From Opitutales bacterium (lineage in GTDB: Bacteria; Verrucomicrobiota; Verrucomicrobiia; Opitutales; Coraliomargaritaceae), in NCBI GenBank assembly GCA_049598495.1, contig JBMYNR010000002.1:32001-96000 (forward strand): 64,000 nt of DNA. Reading direction: 5' to 3'. This document shows, piece after piece, positions 63,599-64,000 of the stretch. The translations under genes were made by a program, and so were the position numbers. Position 1 is the first letter of the stretch, and each line of letters starts with the position of its first letter. Below the pieces are notes generated by a model. It ran no database searches and was not told the DNA's origin. It saw nothing but the letters and a program-made list of their open reading frames with translations.

Positions 63599-63601
63599 AG
63601 T

Positions 63602-64000
63602 ATGTCACTTCGAGCCGATTTCCGCGTCTGTCTGGACGCCAACGTTCTCGCCAACCAAGCGGTTTGCGACTTGCTGCTCCGGCTGGCGGAATATCCTCGG
63701 CTCTATTAGCCCGTGTTATCCGCTGACATCATGCGCGAGGTTTACACCGTTCACACTGAGCGCTTGAAACGACCTTGGCCAGCGGAACTTGCCGAGCACT
63801 GGCAAAACGAAGTGATGCGAACCTTCCCTGAAGCAATCATTACGGACTACGAAGCACTGATCCCTGCGCTGGAAATGCCGGATAAAGATGACCGGCACGT
63901 CTTGGCAGCAACCATCAAAGGCCACGCGCAACACATCTGCACATTCAATATTAAAGACTACCCGGCTTCAGCACTGGAGACGTGGAACATCGAAGCAGTT
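63602..64000 (+). pseudogene. PIN-domain toxin with an in-frame TAG at codon 36; runs off the window end
   Basis: VCLDANVL...DLLLRLAE..RLY*PVLS...PDKDDRHVLAA...CTFNIKDYP; TAG at 63707-63709. Confidence 0.85.

Noticed and set aside
63707..63709. Programmed amber recoding (pyrrolysine or read-through)
   Set aside because: TAG is used as a normal stop by many genes here and no pyl genes are present; a point mutation is simpler.

Overview
A 64-kb bacterial chromosome segment. It most likely comes from a Verrucomicrobiota (Opitutales, Coraliomargarita-like) organism; this is inferred from the PEP-CTERM protein, pilin style, histone-H1-like protein and general gene content. The left third (1-20.5 kb) is a putative phosphate-starvation cluster: TonB, TPR protein, LolA-like proteins, PEP-CTERM protein, a secreted beta-helix protein, a large TonB-dependent receptor, a divergent PiT-like permease and pstSCAB-phoU, with Pho-box-like sites. 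It is interrupted by two vapBC modules and a RAYT-like HUH (Y1) transposase. The transposase is preceded by a 17-bp tandem array that abuts a 5'-truncated gene. The rest is mostly housekeeping: ftsK, slyD, glnD, tyrA-aroA-cmk-plsC, purM, gpsA, panB, the nusA-infB-rbfA-nrnA-truB-ribF-rluD operon, queCD, gspF/pilC, phoBR, mnmEG and rapA. Other notable elements are two perfect parS palindromes inside an in-frame insertion in mnmG, several REP/REPIN families, a MITE-like element, a frameshifted GxxExxY gene bounded by inverted tandem repeats, a SET-domain protein and a nonsense-disrupted PIN toxin. No rRNA, tRNA or CRISPR array was seen. All calls come from reading motifs by eye; no database search was run.
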